NCBI GenBank assembly: GCA_001029675.1
Contig: CP011210.1
Location: 192,193 to 256,192, forward strand
Reading direction: 5' to 3'
Length of the DNA: 64,000 nucleotides
Source of the DNA: Candidatus Beckwithbacteria bacterium GW2011_GWC1_49_16
Lineage (GTDB): Bacteria; Patescibacteriota; Microgenomatia; UBA1400; CG1-02-47-37
Shown: positions 34,786 through 43,740 of the stretch, in pieces
Layout: each line of letters opens with the position of its first letter
Numbering within the stretch: the stretch's first letter is position 1
Position numbers and translations under genes: made by a program
The notes under the pieces: model-generated
The model's database searches: none
The model's input: only the letters and a program-made list of their open reading frames with translations
What the model was told of the DNA's origin: nothing

Positions 34786-37338
34786 TTAACTAAAGATCGT
34801 ATCGGTGCTTCTAATCACAGACACGGTCATGCCGTTACTGGTAATTGTTGAGTCCTGTTCAAAGGGGATCATTCTCGGGGCAGCAGTAGAGTGCCGGGCG
34901 CGGACCCGGGTGAAAACAGTGGTGTCATAAACAACTTGGACTGTTTCCGAGTCTTCCGATCCGATCGAGCCGGTAGTTTCGTGAACATCGATAAATGGCA
35001 CATAAAGCGTGTCATTGGTGGCTTCCGGGGCAATCGGCAGGGTGTTAATTTCATAGCCGTCAGTGTTGGTAAAGCCGGTTACGGTGGTCATGTTAACGTT
35101 GTCATCGTCAACTACTTCGGTGATATAACCGACTGCGCCGTTGGCAGTGCGCCGGATTAAGTCACCCACTTTAGCGGTGGCAAAAGCACCGGTATCTTGG
35201 ATATGGGTGGTGGTATTGCCGGTGGCGTCTGATGTCAAACCGGTGGTTGAGTCTAAAGTGAAAACACTGCCGCTCCAGGAGGCAAAGCGGATTCGGTATT
35301 CGGTATTGGCACTATCATCCACAATTCTCAATACTCCGCCGACGGTTTTGCCTGGTTCGTCAATCCTGATTGTTTGGTTGACAGTTAAACTGGTGCCGCC
35401 GGCAGCCTCGCCGCCGACACAGGTGTAGTAGTTTTTTTCAATATCACCGCCAGAGCCGGTCAATCTAAAGACGGCGATTCTGTCGCCTTCAATCGTTTTA
35501 TTAACAGTAACGTTTACCTTAATTGGGGCCAGTCTCACTGTACCGCCGTCATCAACCAGCTGAAAATTATTTAAGTCAGAATCCAGACGATCGTTAAGGT
35601 AAACTCCTGGGGCACAGAAGAACTTGCCGCCGGCGAAGGTGCCGAAAGGAGCGGCGCTGATTGGGGTAATGGTAGCGATTGTTGCCCCGGTTGGGTTTAT
35701 AGTTACACCGCCGCCGGTAATGCTACCGCCGCCGGCAGTAAAAGTTCCCCGGGAATCTCTTAAAATCAGGATATCATCTGTAGAGTTATGGTTAGTACAG
35801 GTGCCAGTTGCGCCGGTGCCGGCTTGGGTGACTACTGTTCCGGTAGTGATAGTGCCGTCGTCGCTGGTATAGCCGGAGATTTTGTAATCAGAGCCGATAT
35901 AAGATTCGCCGATAACCGTGGCTGCACCCGGGTCAATGTCGTCGGCATTTAGGTTGCGCCTGGTAATGTATTTTGTCCACTGGTAGACTTTGCCGACTGA
36001 ATTTTGATTACAGTCAATGACGATCGAGTAGTTTTCATTTGTCCCGTTTTCGTCAACGTCAAAACTGCCTCCGTCGGCCATTCCGCCGAAAGCAAGCGTT
36101 GCGGGAGTGCCGCTTTCCCAAAATGTCGTCCCTGAAGTTGTTGCCGGTCCGGCAACAACCGGAGCCGAAGCGGTGATCGTGCCGCTGCCGTCGCCATCTG
36201 ATTGAGTCGAGAAAACATATTCTTGAATGACGGTATCGCTAGCAGAAAAATCAGTGATCGGTTCACCGAGTAGGTAATAGTAAATATAGTTGTTGTCGGT
36301 ATCAATGGCGGTAATCACTCCGCGCTTGGTAGTTGTAGCCCAAGTATTGGCGCCGGAGTTGGTCCAATATATATAGTTACCAACATCAAAGTTTGCCACA
36401 GAGGCAGTCATTGTCATTCGGCTGTAGCCGGTTGGATTGTCCAGGTCAGTACCGGTTTGAAGCGGGATAGGGTTACGACCCACCACCCCGGCAGTAGTGA
36501 TCAAGTCCACAGTATAGTAGGAATAGGTTTTGGAGTATTGCCGGGCATAGACTTTGATCCAGCCTTCGTCGGTTTCCGCACCCAACTCCTGGACGTTGAT
36601 CAAAATGTCGATATGGTCGGTGGACAAACCTGTAGTTTTGTCGCTCCACCAGTCGCTTTGGGTGTCTTTGTAGGCGGTTAAATAGGCACCGTCTTGATAG
36701 ACGTAAATATGAGTGTAGTTTTCAATCGCACCGATGGAATAGATATTGGCCCAGAGCGATTCGCCGGCGGAAACGGCCGCGGCCGATTGGGTAGCGGTGT
36801 GGGTGTTACAGGTAATACCGCCTGAGGTTGAGTTCCAGTCGTTAGCGAGAGCATTGTTAGCTGGCCTGATCCACAAGGTGCTGCCGGCGCCGGTGCCTTT
36901 TACATCCAAGAGCGTCCCGGAGTCGAGGTCGGTGTCGTGGCTGATGGTCTCACCGATGTCGCCAGCAACGATATTGGTATTGTTGCAGGTGACTTTGACG
37001 ATACCGACATTGCCGGTGCCGTCACCCGGCAGGTCTCTTTGCCATTCAGCCGTTTTTAAAGCACCGCCATAGAGGTGTTCGACCGTGGTTCGGTCAATAA
37101 ACCAGGGGTCTTTATCGCCTGTGTCAATAATGCCGATGGTGTACTCGGTCGGGGTCTGGGCGGACATGGGCACGCCGTCGTCCATCTGGGTGAGTTCGTC
37201 AAAGAGGTCCTGGAGAGCCGAGTAGAGTTCATTGATCGTTCTGGTGCCGGTGTCCGATCCGGTCCAAACAATCCGCTTCTGCCGATTTTCGGCGCCGTAG
37301 TAAACTGTGAAGTCACCGCTTAAAATAGTGTCTGACAT
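34786..37338 (-). CDS. Large Thr/Gly/Asp-rich beta-rich protein resembling phage virion structural proteins, no signal peptide
   Basis: 850 aa; N-terminal ELYS.LQDLFDE motif; APFGTFAGGKFFCAPGV motif. Upstream promoter TTGACA..CATACT. Confidence 0.65.
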   Translation of the reverse strand: MSDTILSGDFTVYYGAENRQKRIVWTGSDTGTRTINELYSALQDLFDELTQMDDGVPMSAQTPTEYTIGIIDTGDKDPWFIDRTTVEHLYGGALKTAEWQRDLPGDGTGNVGIVKVTCNNTNIVAGDIGETISHDTDLDSGTLLDVKGTGAGSTLWIRPANNALANDWNSTSGGITCNTHTATQSAAAVSAGESLWANIYSIGAIENYTHIYVYQDGAYLTAYKDTQSDWWSDKTTGLSTDHIDILINVQELGAETDEGWIKVYARQYSKTYSYYTVDLITTAGVVGRNPIPLQTGTDLDNPTGYSRMTMTASVANFDVGNYIYWTNSGANTWATTTKRGVITAIDTDNNYIYYYLLGEPITDFSASDTVIQEYVFSTQSDGDGSGTITASAPVVAGPATTSGTTFWESGTPATLAFGGMADGGSFDVDENGTNENYSIVIDCNQNSVGKVYQWTKYITRRNLNADDIDPGAATVIGESYIGSDYKISGYTSDDGTITTGTVVTQAGTGATGTCTNHNSTDDILILRDSRGTFTAGGGSITGGGVTINPTGATIATITPISAAPFGTFAGGKFFCAPGVYLNDRLDSDLNNFQLVDDGGTVRLAPIKVNVTVNKTIEGDRIAVFRLTGSGGDIEKNYYTCVGGEAAGGTSLTVNQTIRIDEPGKTVGGVLRIVDDSANTEYRIRFASWSGSVFTLDSTTGLTSDATGNTTTHIQDTGAFATAKVGDLIRRTANGAVGYITEVVDDDNVNMTTVTGFTNTDGYEINTLPIAPEATNDTLYVPFIDVHETTGSIGSEDSETVQVVYDTTVFTRVRARHSTAAPRMIPFEQDSTITSNGMTVSVIRSTDTIFS

Positions 37339-37432
37339 AGCAGGCTATAAAGTTCAGTATGGGTGGTTTTTCAAACCCTGTCAAGTAGGAGTCCTTGACA
37401 TAGACTTTAATAAAAGTTAGACTTTCGTTAAA

Positions 37433-38566
37433 ATGAAGTTATATAAAAGAAAGGTATTCTCTGTTATCCAACGGCTGGTGGAAAGAGAAAAGTCGTTGGT
37501 GATTACCGGTGGAAGACAGGTAGGTAAGTCATCGGTTTTGCTTTACCTAAAGGAGTGGTTAGAGCGTCAAGGTAAACGGACGGTTTTCTACGATTTGAAC
37601 TTTTCGGATGGGCCGTTTAACCTGGCAGCCGATTTAACCGCCAAGGGGGTAGGCGGCGACCAGCCGGTTTATGTTTTGGTAGATAACTGGCGGCCGGAAG
37701 CAGGCGGGGAGCTTGAGAAAAACTTTCATCTGGTGGCCGCCAGCGCGGTCAAAGCCTTTCTGCCCGCCTCGGCCCGGGCGGTGGAAGTGCTACCTTTGTC
37801 TTTTGCCGAGTTTTTAGAGTTTAAAGCGGCAGACCCAAAAGACGCGTCCCAATGGCCGGAGCTTTACCGGGAGTTTGTTAGCTACGGTGGTTTTCCGGCA
37901 GTGGTGCTGGAGCCGGTAGTGGAGCAAAAGAAGCAAGTTTTGTGGCAGATAGTGGATCTTTATTTAAGAAAAGACCTTAGCGATTTGGCCCGGATCAAGG
38001 ACCCTACTAAGTTTTACCAGCTGCTTTCGGCCCTGGCCGGCAGATCCGGTCAGGTTCTAGACATGATGGCTCTGACCCGGGAACTGAAAGTGTCTTTTCC
38101 CACCCTGAAAAAGTATCTGGCGATATTGGAGCAGACTTTACTGGTGCAGACGGTCAAACCTTACAGCCGCCAGCCGGAGAGGGAGATCAGCAAAAGCCCC
38201 AAGGTGTATTTTTTGGACAGCGGCCTGATGTCACTTTTATGGTTGAACCAGTTTTCAACCAAGATTCTTGAGCCGGTGTTTGCTACCAACGTCTTTGCCG
38301 AGTTGGTTAAGAAGGTGGGCCGGGAGGCGGTCGGCTTTTGGCGCACCAAAGCCGGGGCCGAGGTCGATTTTGTGGTTGAAAAGGGCGGCGGCGACCTGCC
38401 TGCCGGCAGGCAGATTTTGGCCGTTGAGGCCGAAGTCAACTTCGACCGCTTTAGCCCCAAAGACATCAATAGTTTCAAGCGCCGCTACGACCCCAAGCGC
38501 TGGCGGGTGATCGGGCTGACCGGAGAAAAAATGGCCAAAAACGGCTTTTACCCTTGGGAGATGTGA
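37433..38566 (+). CDS. AAA_14 ATPase with DUF4143 C-terminal domain
   Basis: GGRQVGKS Walker A; GGFP, KSPKVYFLDSGL and FWRTK.GAEVDFV motifs. Confidence 0.88.
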   Translation: MKLYKRKVFSVIQRLVEREKSLVITGGRQVGKSSVLLYLKEWLERQGKRTVFYDLNFSDGPFNLAADLTAKGVGGDQPVYVLVDNWRPEAGGELEKNFHLVAASAVKAFLPASARAVEVLPLSFAEFLEFKAADPKDASQWPELYREFVSYGGFPAVVLEPVVEQKKQVLWQIVDLYLRKDLSDLARIKDPTKFYQLLSALAGRSGQVLDMMALTRELKVSFPTLKKYLAILEQTLLVQTVKPYSRQPEREISKSPKVYFLDSGLMSLLWLNQFSTKILEPVFATNVFAELVKKVGREAVGFWRTKAGAEVDFVVEKGGGDLPAGRQILAVEAEVNFDRFSPKDINSFKRRYDPKRWRVIGLTGEKMAKNGFYPWEM

Positions 38567-38796
38567 CCCTTTAAAAATTTTCGGCTGGCTTTATCAATAG
38601 TCCAGCCATTGATCAGTTTAAACTCGTCCTTGGCTTGGGCCTTTATCGGAATGTCGTAGCGCATGTTTTCCGGCTCGTCAAACAGATCCATGAGAAATGA
38701 GTATAGTTGTTTGGCGTTGTAACTTTTACCGCTGCCTTTTTCCTGGCAGCTGATGGTCTTGGTTTTAAAGTCGACTTGAAAAACTGTTGGCGTCAT
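38548..38796 (-). CDS. 82-aa stand-alone homolog of the N-terminal domain of the 850-aa protein
   Basis: QLYSFLMDLFDEPENM...P..AQ...W.ID aligns with ELYSALQDLFDELTQM...P..AQ...W.ID. Confidence 0.7.
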   Translation of the reverse strand: MTPTVFQVDFKTKTISCQEKGSGKSYNAKQLYSFLMDLFDEPENMRYDIPIKAQAKDEFKLINGWTIDKASRKFLKGHISQG

Positions 38797-38797
38797 A

Positions 38798-40735
38798 TTA
38801 GGTATTAGAATCTATTCTCAGGGTGACTTGTAGGTCTAACCCCGTGCTTGATGCGATCGTTGCAGTAGTGCTAAGCGGAACATATCTTGTGTATCCGGTA
38901 GAACTTTTTCGTACCCTGACATAACAATCAGCCGGAGTGGCTCCGGCAAAAGAGCCGGAAGCAACCCCAGAGGCATTGGTGTCGGTATTGAGAATCTCGC
39001 TATCGTCTGAAGTTAGGAACACAGCTGTCTGTGCCAGTTCTATCGGATCGGTGGCGGTATCGTTCACAGTTATGGTTATCGGCACTGATCCCTGGAAAAC
39101 GACTATTCCCGTATTGGTAGAGGGGTTTGAGGTGCCCGACTTTGATATCACCAGCGCGTCTTGGGGAGAAGTTGAGTTGTGGACGTCTTTTTCATTGCCG
39201 TTGAAGTTTAGGTCAGTGTAGGTAATCGGGGTAGTCACGCTGTAGGCATCGGATGAATCCCACCGATTGTCGGATCCATTGGCAAGACCGGCTGCACAAA
39301 CCAAATTATTATTATCAGTAATGCTGGTCACCGTGGCGTACGATCCGTCGATTTCGTTATAGGCTATATCGTTCACCGCCGCAGTGGTCAGGAAAGAGGC
39401 CGAGCTGTCCGTCAGCGTCACTCCTGTTGCGTCCGGGGTGGTGACTGTTCCCGTGGCCACTCCGGGTATGGTATCGTGCTCTATGCCGTGGGCTACATCA
39501 GAGCTGGCGTGGCTGTTGGCCAAGAAGTTACATTTTTGTATATTGATCGAACTGTTCCAAAGCAGGGCTGATCGGTTGCTGGCATCAGCCGTGCCGTCGT
39601 CATAGACGGTGGTGAAGTTACAGTTTCTGATTTGTACCCCTCCCACCGGATCAAACTGCTCGCAACCCGAAAAAGAACTTGAAAATAATTTGTGTGCCGT
39701 ATTTGTTCCCCAAGTTAGTGACCCAGATAAACTTTCAAAAGAACAGGCGTACCATTCGCTGGTGTTTACACTCCCGTTATCAAAGGAGATGTTGACGTGG
39801 TAGGTGGAATTACCTACTACTGACCAGCCGTTTCGTCCCGAATCAGAACCTACAGGCTTTCCGATTATTATCGAGTTTGTGCCCGTACCCCCGACACAAT
39901 TAATATCAAAATAGTCAAGCGGCACCGAATTGGTAAAAGAAGTGCCGTCATAATACCGGGGCTCTGCTACGAATATTTTTGAATTGATATCAGACAAGGT
40001 TGAGTCGGTGGCGGCAGTCGTATCTCCCAAAATTAATTTTCCGTTTAGTTCGACGGCTGTTTGTGAATCGTTTAGGGACTGGATAATGCCATGCCGATTG
40101 GTGGTTTCGTTGGCCAGAAGGTCGGCAACCAAAGCATCGCTGGTCGATGTTCCTGTGACTGTGATCCCGGTGCCTACCCTGATTTGATCAACCACCAGGT
40201 TGTCAAAACGGGCCGTAGCCGTGGTATCTGCGAATAGGCCAAAATATCTGACTGCTGCCAGGTTTATTGCCGTACCCGAACTGGCCGATACGGTTTCGGT
40301 TGGGTCCAGGACAAACCTTTTCCAACCTCCGGAATAGTTATCTTTGCCATAAAAATACCACAGGTGGTACTGCGTGGCCGATGGCGTGGAGCTCTCCAGA
40401 AATACCCCAAAACCACCGGTATTTTTGGTCTGCAGTAGTCCGGCCGCCAAAAAGTTCCCCCAGATGTACACCATTTGCCCAAAAGCATTGCCGCCGCCGG
40501 TAAAGTCTAGCGTGTTGCCAGCACCGATGTCTGCGTACAGTGCTACTCTTTTATTGTTGGAAGTAATTGTCACGGCACCCGTTCCTTCAATAGCGCCATC
40601 GGCCACACCTATTGATGGCGTAGCTCCGCCTGCGGTAATCTTGATCACTCCCCAGCCGGTTGTCGAATCGGCGGTATTGACCACGCCGTTGCTGGTTGGT
40701 CCGGTTGTTCCGTTCCAGGTGACTGTCGCTGCCAT
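38798..40735 (-). CDS. Large beta-rich phage-structural-like protein, no signal peptide
   Basis: 645 aa; GGWKRFVLDP motif; C-terminal YVRVRKS...VP...TI shared with the 850-aa protein. Confidence 0.65.
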   Translation of the reverse strand: MAATVTWNGTTGPTSNGVVNTADSTTGWGVIKITAGGATPSIGVADGAIEGTGAVTITSNNKRVALYADIGAGNTLDFTGGGNAFGQMVYIWGNFLAAGLLQTKNTGGFGVFLESSTPSATQYHLWYFYGKDNYSGGWKRFVLDPTETVSASSGTAINLAAVRYFGLFADTTATARFDNLVVDQIRVGTGITVTGTSTSDALVADLLANETTNRHGIIQSLNDSQTAVELNGKLILGDTTAATDSTLSDINSKIFVAEPRYYDGTSFTNSVPLDYFDINCVGGTGTNSIIIGKPVGSDSGRNGWSVVGNSTYHVNISFDNGSVNTSEWYACSFESLSGSLTWGTNTAHKLFSSSFSGCEQFDPVGGVQIRNCNFTTVYDDGTADASNRSALLWNSSINIQKCNFLANSHASSDVAHGIEHDTIPGVATGTVTTPDATGVTLTDSSASFLTTAAVNDIAYNEIDGSYATVTSITDNNNLVCAAGLANGSDNRWDSSDAYSVTTPITYTDLNFNGNEKDVHNSTSPQDALVISKSGTSNPSTNTGIVVFQGSVPITITVNDTATDPIELAQTAVFLTSDDSEILNTDTNASGVASGSFAGATPADCYVRVRKSSTGYTRYVPLSTTATIASSTGLDLQVTLRIDSNT

Positions 40736-40792
40736 ATTTCTACTTTACGACAAAATGTAACTTAGCAAAAGGGGGTAGGTGATGTGTTATGG

Positions 40793-41275
40793 TCAATCGT
40801 CATCGTCATCGTCATCGGGGGTAAAGGGGTTGGGGGCAGCCGCAATTTTTTCGTGAGCCGAGTGGAGCATTCCCTGAAGTAAAAGCAGGGCTGTCGGTAA
40901 AAGTAGGGCCAGACCAGCGGCCGCCAGAGAAAACGACCATTCCAGCGTTACCATCTTTGAGGCAGTAGCAGTTTGCTGAAGCGCATAAAGCTGCATCAAG
41001 CCGGCAATTACCAATAAGCTGCCGCCTTTAGCCAGGTGGGCCGATTCAAAGAAAGAAAAGACCCATAAAGGGGATAAAAACAAGCCTAAAGCCCGGATAA
41101 AAATAATCGCCGCGGTAAAGGGATAAGTGTTAAAGAAGGTTTGGTTTAAAAAGACGTAGGGCGAGGAAGGTTTAATGGTTAAAGGATCAATTCCGGACTG
41201 CAAAACATAGGTTAACAAAAACAGTCCGCCGATGATTGCCAAAACATATTCTTTGCCGATTTTCATTAAGCTCAA
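40793..41275 (-). CDS. Four-TM membrane protein with acidic tail
   Basis: Hydrophobic segments; ends with a poly-Asp run. Confidence 0.65.
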   Translation of the reverse strand: MSLMKIGKEYVLAIIGGLFLLTYVLQSGIDPLTIKPSSPYVFLNQTFFNTYPFTAAIIFIRALGLFLSPLWVFSFFESAHLAKGGSLLVIAGLMQLYALQQTATASKMVTLEWSFSLAAAGLALLLPTALLLLQGMLHSAHEKIAAAPNPFTPDDDDDDD

Positions 41276-41281
41276 TTTAGC

Positions 41282-42265
41282 CTAATCGTGCCAGCGTTTC
41301 AAGTGGAGGCGGTAGAAATAGAGGTTAGCTAGAAAAAATAATGCCGAAAAGGTTAATCCGATAATCAGCGTAGCTTTTGGCAGATTTTCCTCGGCGGCAG
41401 TTAAGACAAGCGAGGGTTTGGCGGTAACAAAAATCGTCCACGAGGCATTGCCGACAGTGACGTATTTTTTAGTATGTAGCAAAGCAGGAAATTTCATCGG
41501 ATCAAACTCCGGGTCGGAATCAAAGAGTAAGTGTTCAGTTCCGGGAGGGGAATCATAGTGATCGTGGAAGATGGCAAAGTCGATATCCGGCATGGGGTTT
41601 TGCCGGCCGAAAAGGGCGGTAAACAGGTCGGCATCCCGGAAAGCCAGGTTAACAAAACCGATCAGTTGACTGCGCCGTTCGTCGATACTTCTGGGTGTCT
41701 CGCCGCCGCGGTAAAGCGGTGCCGTTAGAAAAAATCCCGGCCGATTGGTGGTGACCAAAGTAAAAGGTTGACTGGAGAGAATTTCGCCGCTGTCGCGTAC
41801 CTGCTCTAAAAAGGCTTTTCGTTCCTGCCTGGTGTTGTGGTCAAATCCCAGGGCGGTTTCCCGGTCGGCAAGCGGTTCAATATAAACAGTAATCAATTTT
41901 TCGCCCCGGCGCTCAAAAAAGGCCACCGAGGAAATACCGGGATAGTCATTGAGTAGGTTCAGCGAGGCAGTATAGGCGCTAAATTCTTCTTTAGTAACTC
42001 CAGAGTTACTGCCGGCCCAGAACGCTTGGAGTCCCTTGAGAGTGGTGACGTGGGTGAGCATGCGCTCTTCAATCCACTGCTGCACCCGCTCGCTGGTTTG
42101 CTCGAAGATTTTTTGTTTTTCCCTTGCCAGAGTTTTCTGGGTCAGAGAGTATGCCAGCAGGGTAGTTACCAACAACAGAATATTCAGGCCGCTCAGCACC
42201 GTCAGGAATTTTTTATCCTGTTGGTGTTCGGCCGGTTGGTTAAAAGATGTCTTCAAAGTCGTCAT
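41282..42265 (-). CDS. CHASE domain sensor protein without output domain
   Basis: TM, VTKEEF...YPGI, YIEP...ALGFD...R..G....S.P..LV...PGF...P.Y, second TM, then only a few residues. Confidence 0.75.
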   Translation of the reverse strand: MTTLKTSFNQPAEHQQDKKFLTVLSGLNILLLVTTLLAYSLTQKTLAREKQKIFEQTSERVQQWIEERMLTHVTTLKGLQAFWAGSNSGVTKEEFSAYTASLNLLNDYPGISSVAFFERRGEKLITVYIEPLADRETALGFDHNTRQERKAFLEQVRDSGEILSSQPFTLVTTNRPGFFLTAPLYRGGETPRSIDERRSQLIGFVNLAFRDADLFTALFGRQNPMPDIDFAIFHDHYDSPPGTEHLLFDSDPEFDPMKFPALLHTKKYVTVGNASWTIFVTAKPSLVLTAAEENLPKATLIIGLTFSALFFLANLYFYRLHLKRWHD

Positions 42266-42920
42266 AAATTAGGCCGTCGCGGCCGTCCCAATTAGTAGAA
42301 AAACCGGTACTGCCTGCAAAATAGCGGTAAGCGCCGGTATCGACGCCGGTTAAGGTTTCCCGTTGAATGTACCAGTTGCCGTTTTTGTCAGTAAAGCCGT
42401 AGTAGGCGAAGTCGGGATCGGAAGTGTCGTCGATTTGGGAGATGTTATAGCCGTCGGTGGGCTGTTTTTGAGCCGGATCAATGGCAGCGCCGCTTAAGTC
42501 TTTCAAGGCCACAGTGCCCGGCCCGGGCATGGAGCCGAAAAAGGTGGCCTGGGCTTCTTTAGACACCAACGACATGAAAAAGAGGGATAGTCCGGTCGAG
42601 CCGATGAGTTTAAGAAAGAGTCTCCGGTCGCGGTCGGAAATGCCGGCCGGCCCCGCCACTACCTTGCCGGAAAGCGGCGACTCACGGGTTTTTCCGGCAG
42701 TGGTGACGGTTTTAAAAAAAGTCAGCGGCTGAAAACCGGTGGGGAAACGGCGGGGCAGGGAACGGGGCCGGCGGACCAGCTCGAAGGCTAAATGATAAAT
42801 AAGCGGAACTAAAAGCAGGGGGAATACCAGCCCGGCAATTGAGCTGGCCGATTTGATCCCGGCCGCGCCGATCATGACTAAAACCAGCAAATTGTAAATT
42901 AAGAGCAGCCTTAAGAGCAT
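42240..42920 (-). CDS. Membrane protein with internal twin-arginine motif and C-terminal aromatic-rich exported domain
   Basis: Start reassigned to ATG 42920. Two TMs, then DRRLFLKLIGSTGLSLFFMSLVSKEAQA, then YYGF...GNWYI.R...RY...NW..R..L.Y. Confidence 0.7.
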   Translation of the reverse strand: MLLRLLLIYNLLVLVMIGAAGIKSASSIAGLVFPLLLVPLIYHLAFELVRRPRSLPRRFPTGFQPLTFFKTVTTAGKTRESPLSGKVVAGPAGISDRDRRLFLKLIGSTGLSLFFMSLVSKEAQATFFGSMPGPGTVALKDLSGAAIDPAQKQPTDGYNISQIDDTSDPDFAYYGFTDKNGNWYIQRETLTGVDTGAYRYFAGSTGFSTNWDGRDGLIYDDFEDIF

Positions 42921-42925
42921 AAGTT

Positions 42926-43297
42926 TTAGGGTATGGCAAAGACCGTAACCACGGTAATTAAAAGCAGGGTCAGGCTCAAGCGGAAGCCAAAGCTGGGTTG
43001 GAGCAAAAAACTTTTGAAAGAAAAAGAATCGCGGTAATGACTGATTTGGGGCTGATCGGGGAACAACCACTCGGCGTACTTTTGAACAAAGAGGCGGTTT
43101 TTGGCGGTTTGCCTGAACGCGGCTGCCAGAAAATAAGCCACCAGCGGCAGTAAAAAGATCAAGGTTACCCCCCGGCTGGCGGCGGCAATCAGCAGACAGA
43201 TGAGGCTGCCGTAGTAGAGTCGGTAGGCGCGCCAGCGCTTGCGCCGCAGTTTAGTTAGGATTAACAGTCGGTTGGCTTCGGCTTGGTTTAGCGGCGT
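42926..43297 (-). CDS. Membrane protein, possibly initiating at ACG
   Basis: The frame is open upstream of the track's TTG (43162). AGGAGG lies 6 nt before an in-frame ACG at 43297. Confidence 0.5.
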   Translation of the reverse strand, partial: TPLNQAEANRLLILTKLRRKRWRAYRLYYGSLICLLIAAASRGVTLIFLLPLVAYFLAAAFRQTAKNRLFVQKYAEWLFPDQPQISHYRDSFSFKSFLLQPSFGFRLSLTLLLITVVTVFAIP

Positions 43298-43662
43298 AGG
43301 TAACCTCCTTGTTGGTAGGCGAGTAACAGGGCAATGGTTAAAAACAGCAACCGGTTTAACTGGACGGTCAGCGATACCGTTCGGTTGGAAAAAGCGTCGA
43401 TTAAAATGAGGCCTAAGCCCAAAAGAATTAAACCCCGGATGAGTTTTAAGGGCAGGTTTTTGCCGGCGGCGGCGGGGGAGGCGGGGTTGGTTTTCAGCGG
43501 AGCGCCCAAGAATTCCTCCAAAGAGGTTTGGGGAATGCGGAAGCGGCCTTGGTGTTTGGTACCCCGGCTGGCCTTAATCCGGCCTTCGTTTAAGTATTTA
43601 TAAAGGGTGTTGGTGGAACAGCCGACGATTTGGGCGGCTTTTCTGACAGTGTAGAGCTGCAT
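43288..43662 (-). CDS. Excisionase/HTH_17-type DNA-binding domain fused to two TM helices
   Basis: YTVRKAAQIVGCSTNTLYKYLNEGRIKA...FRIP followed by hydrophobic segments. Confidence 0.75.
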   Translation of the reverse strand: MQLYTVRKAAQIVGCSTNTLYKYLNEGRIKASRGTKHQGRFRIPQTSLEEFLGAPLKTNPASPAAAGKNLPLKLIRGLILLGLGLILIDAFSNRTVSLTVQLNRLLFLTIALLLAYQQGGYLRR

Positions 43663-43740
43663 GGGCAGGTTTTCTCTTGTTTTTTACAAGTTTTTACCAA
43701 TTGGGTTAATTCTATTGATCTATTTTGATGCTGTCAAGCC

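Noticed and set aside
31908-40735. Intact prophage
   Set aside because: No terminase, portal, capsid, integrase, lysis or replication genes are recognisable, and the genes are coupled to tatC/tatA.
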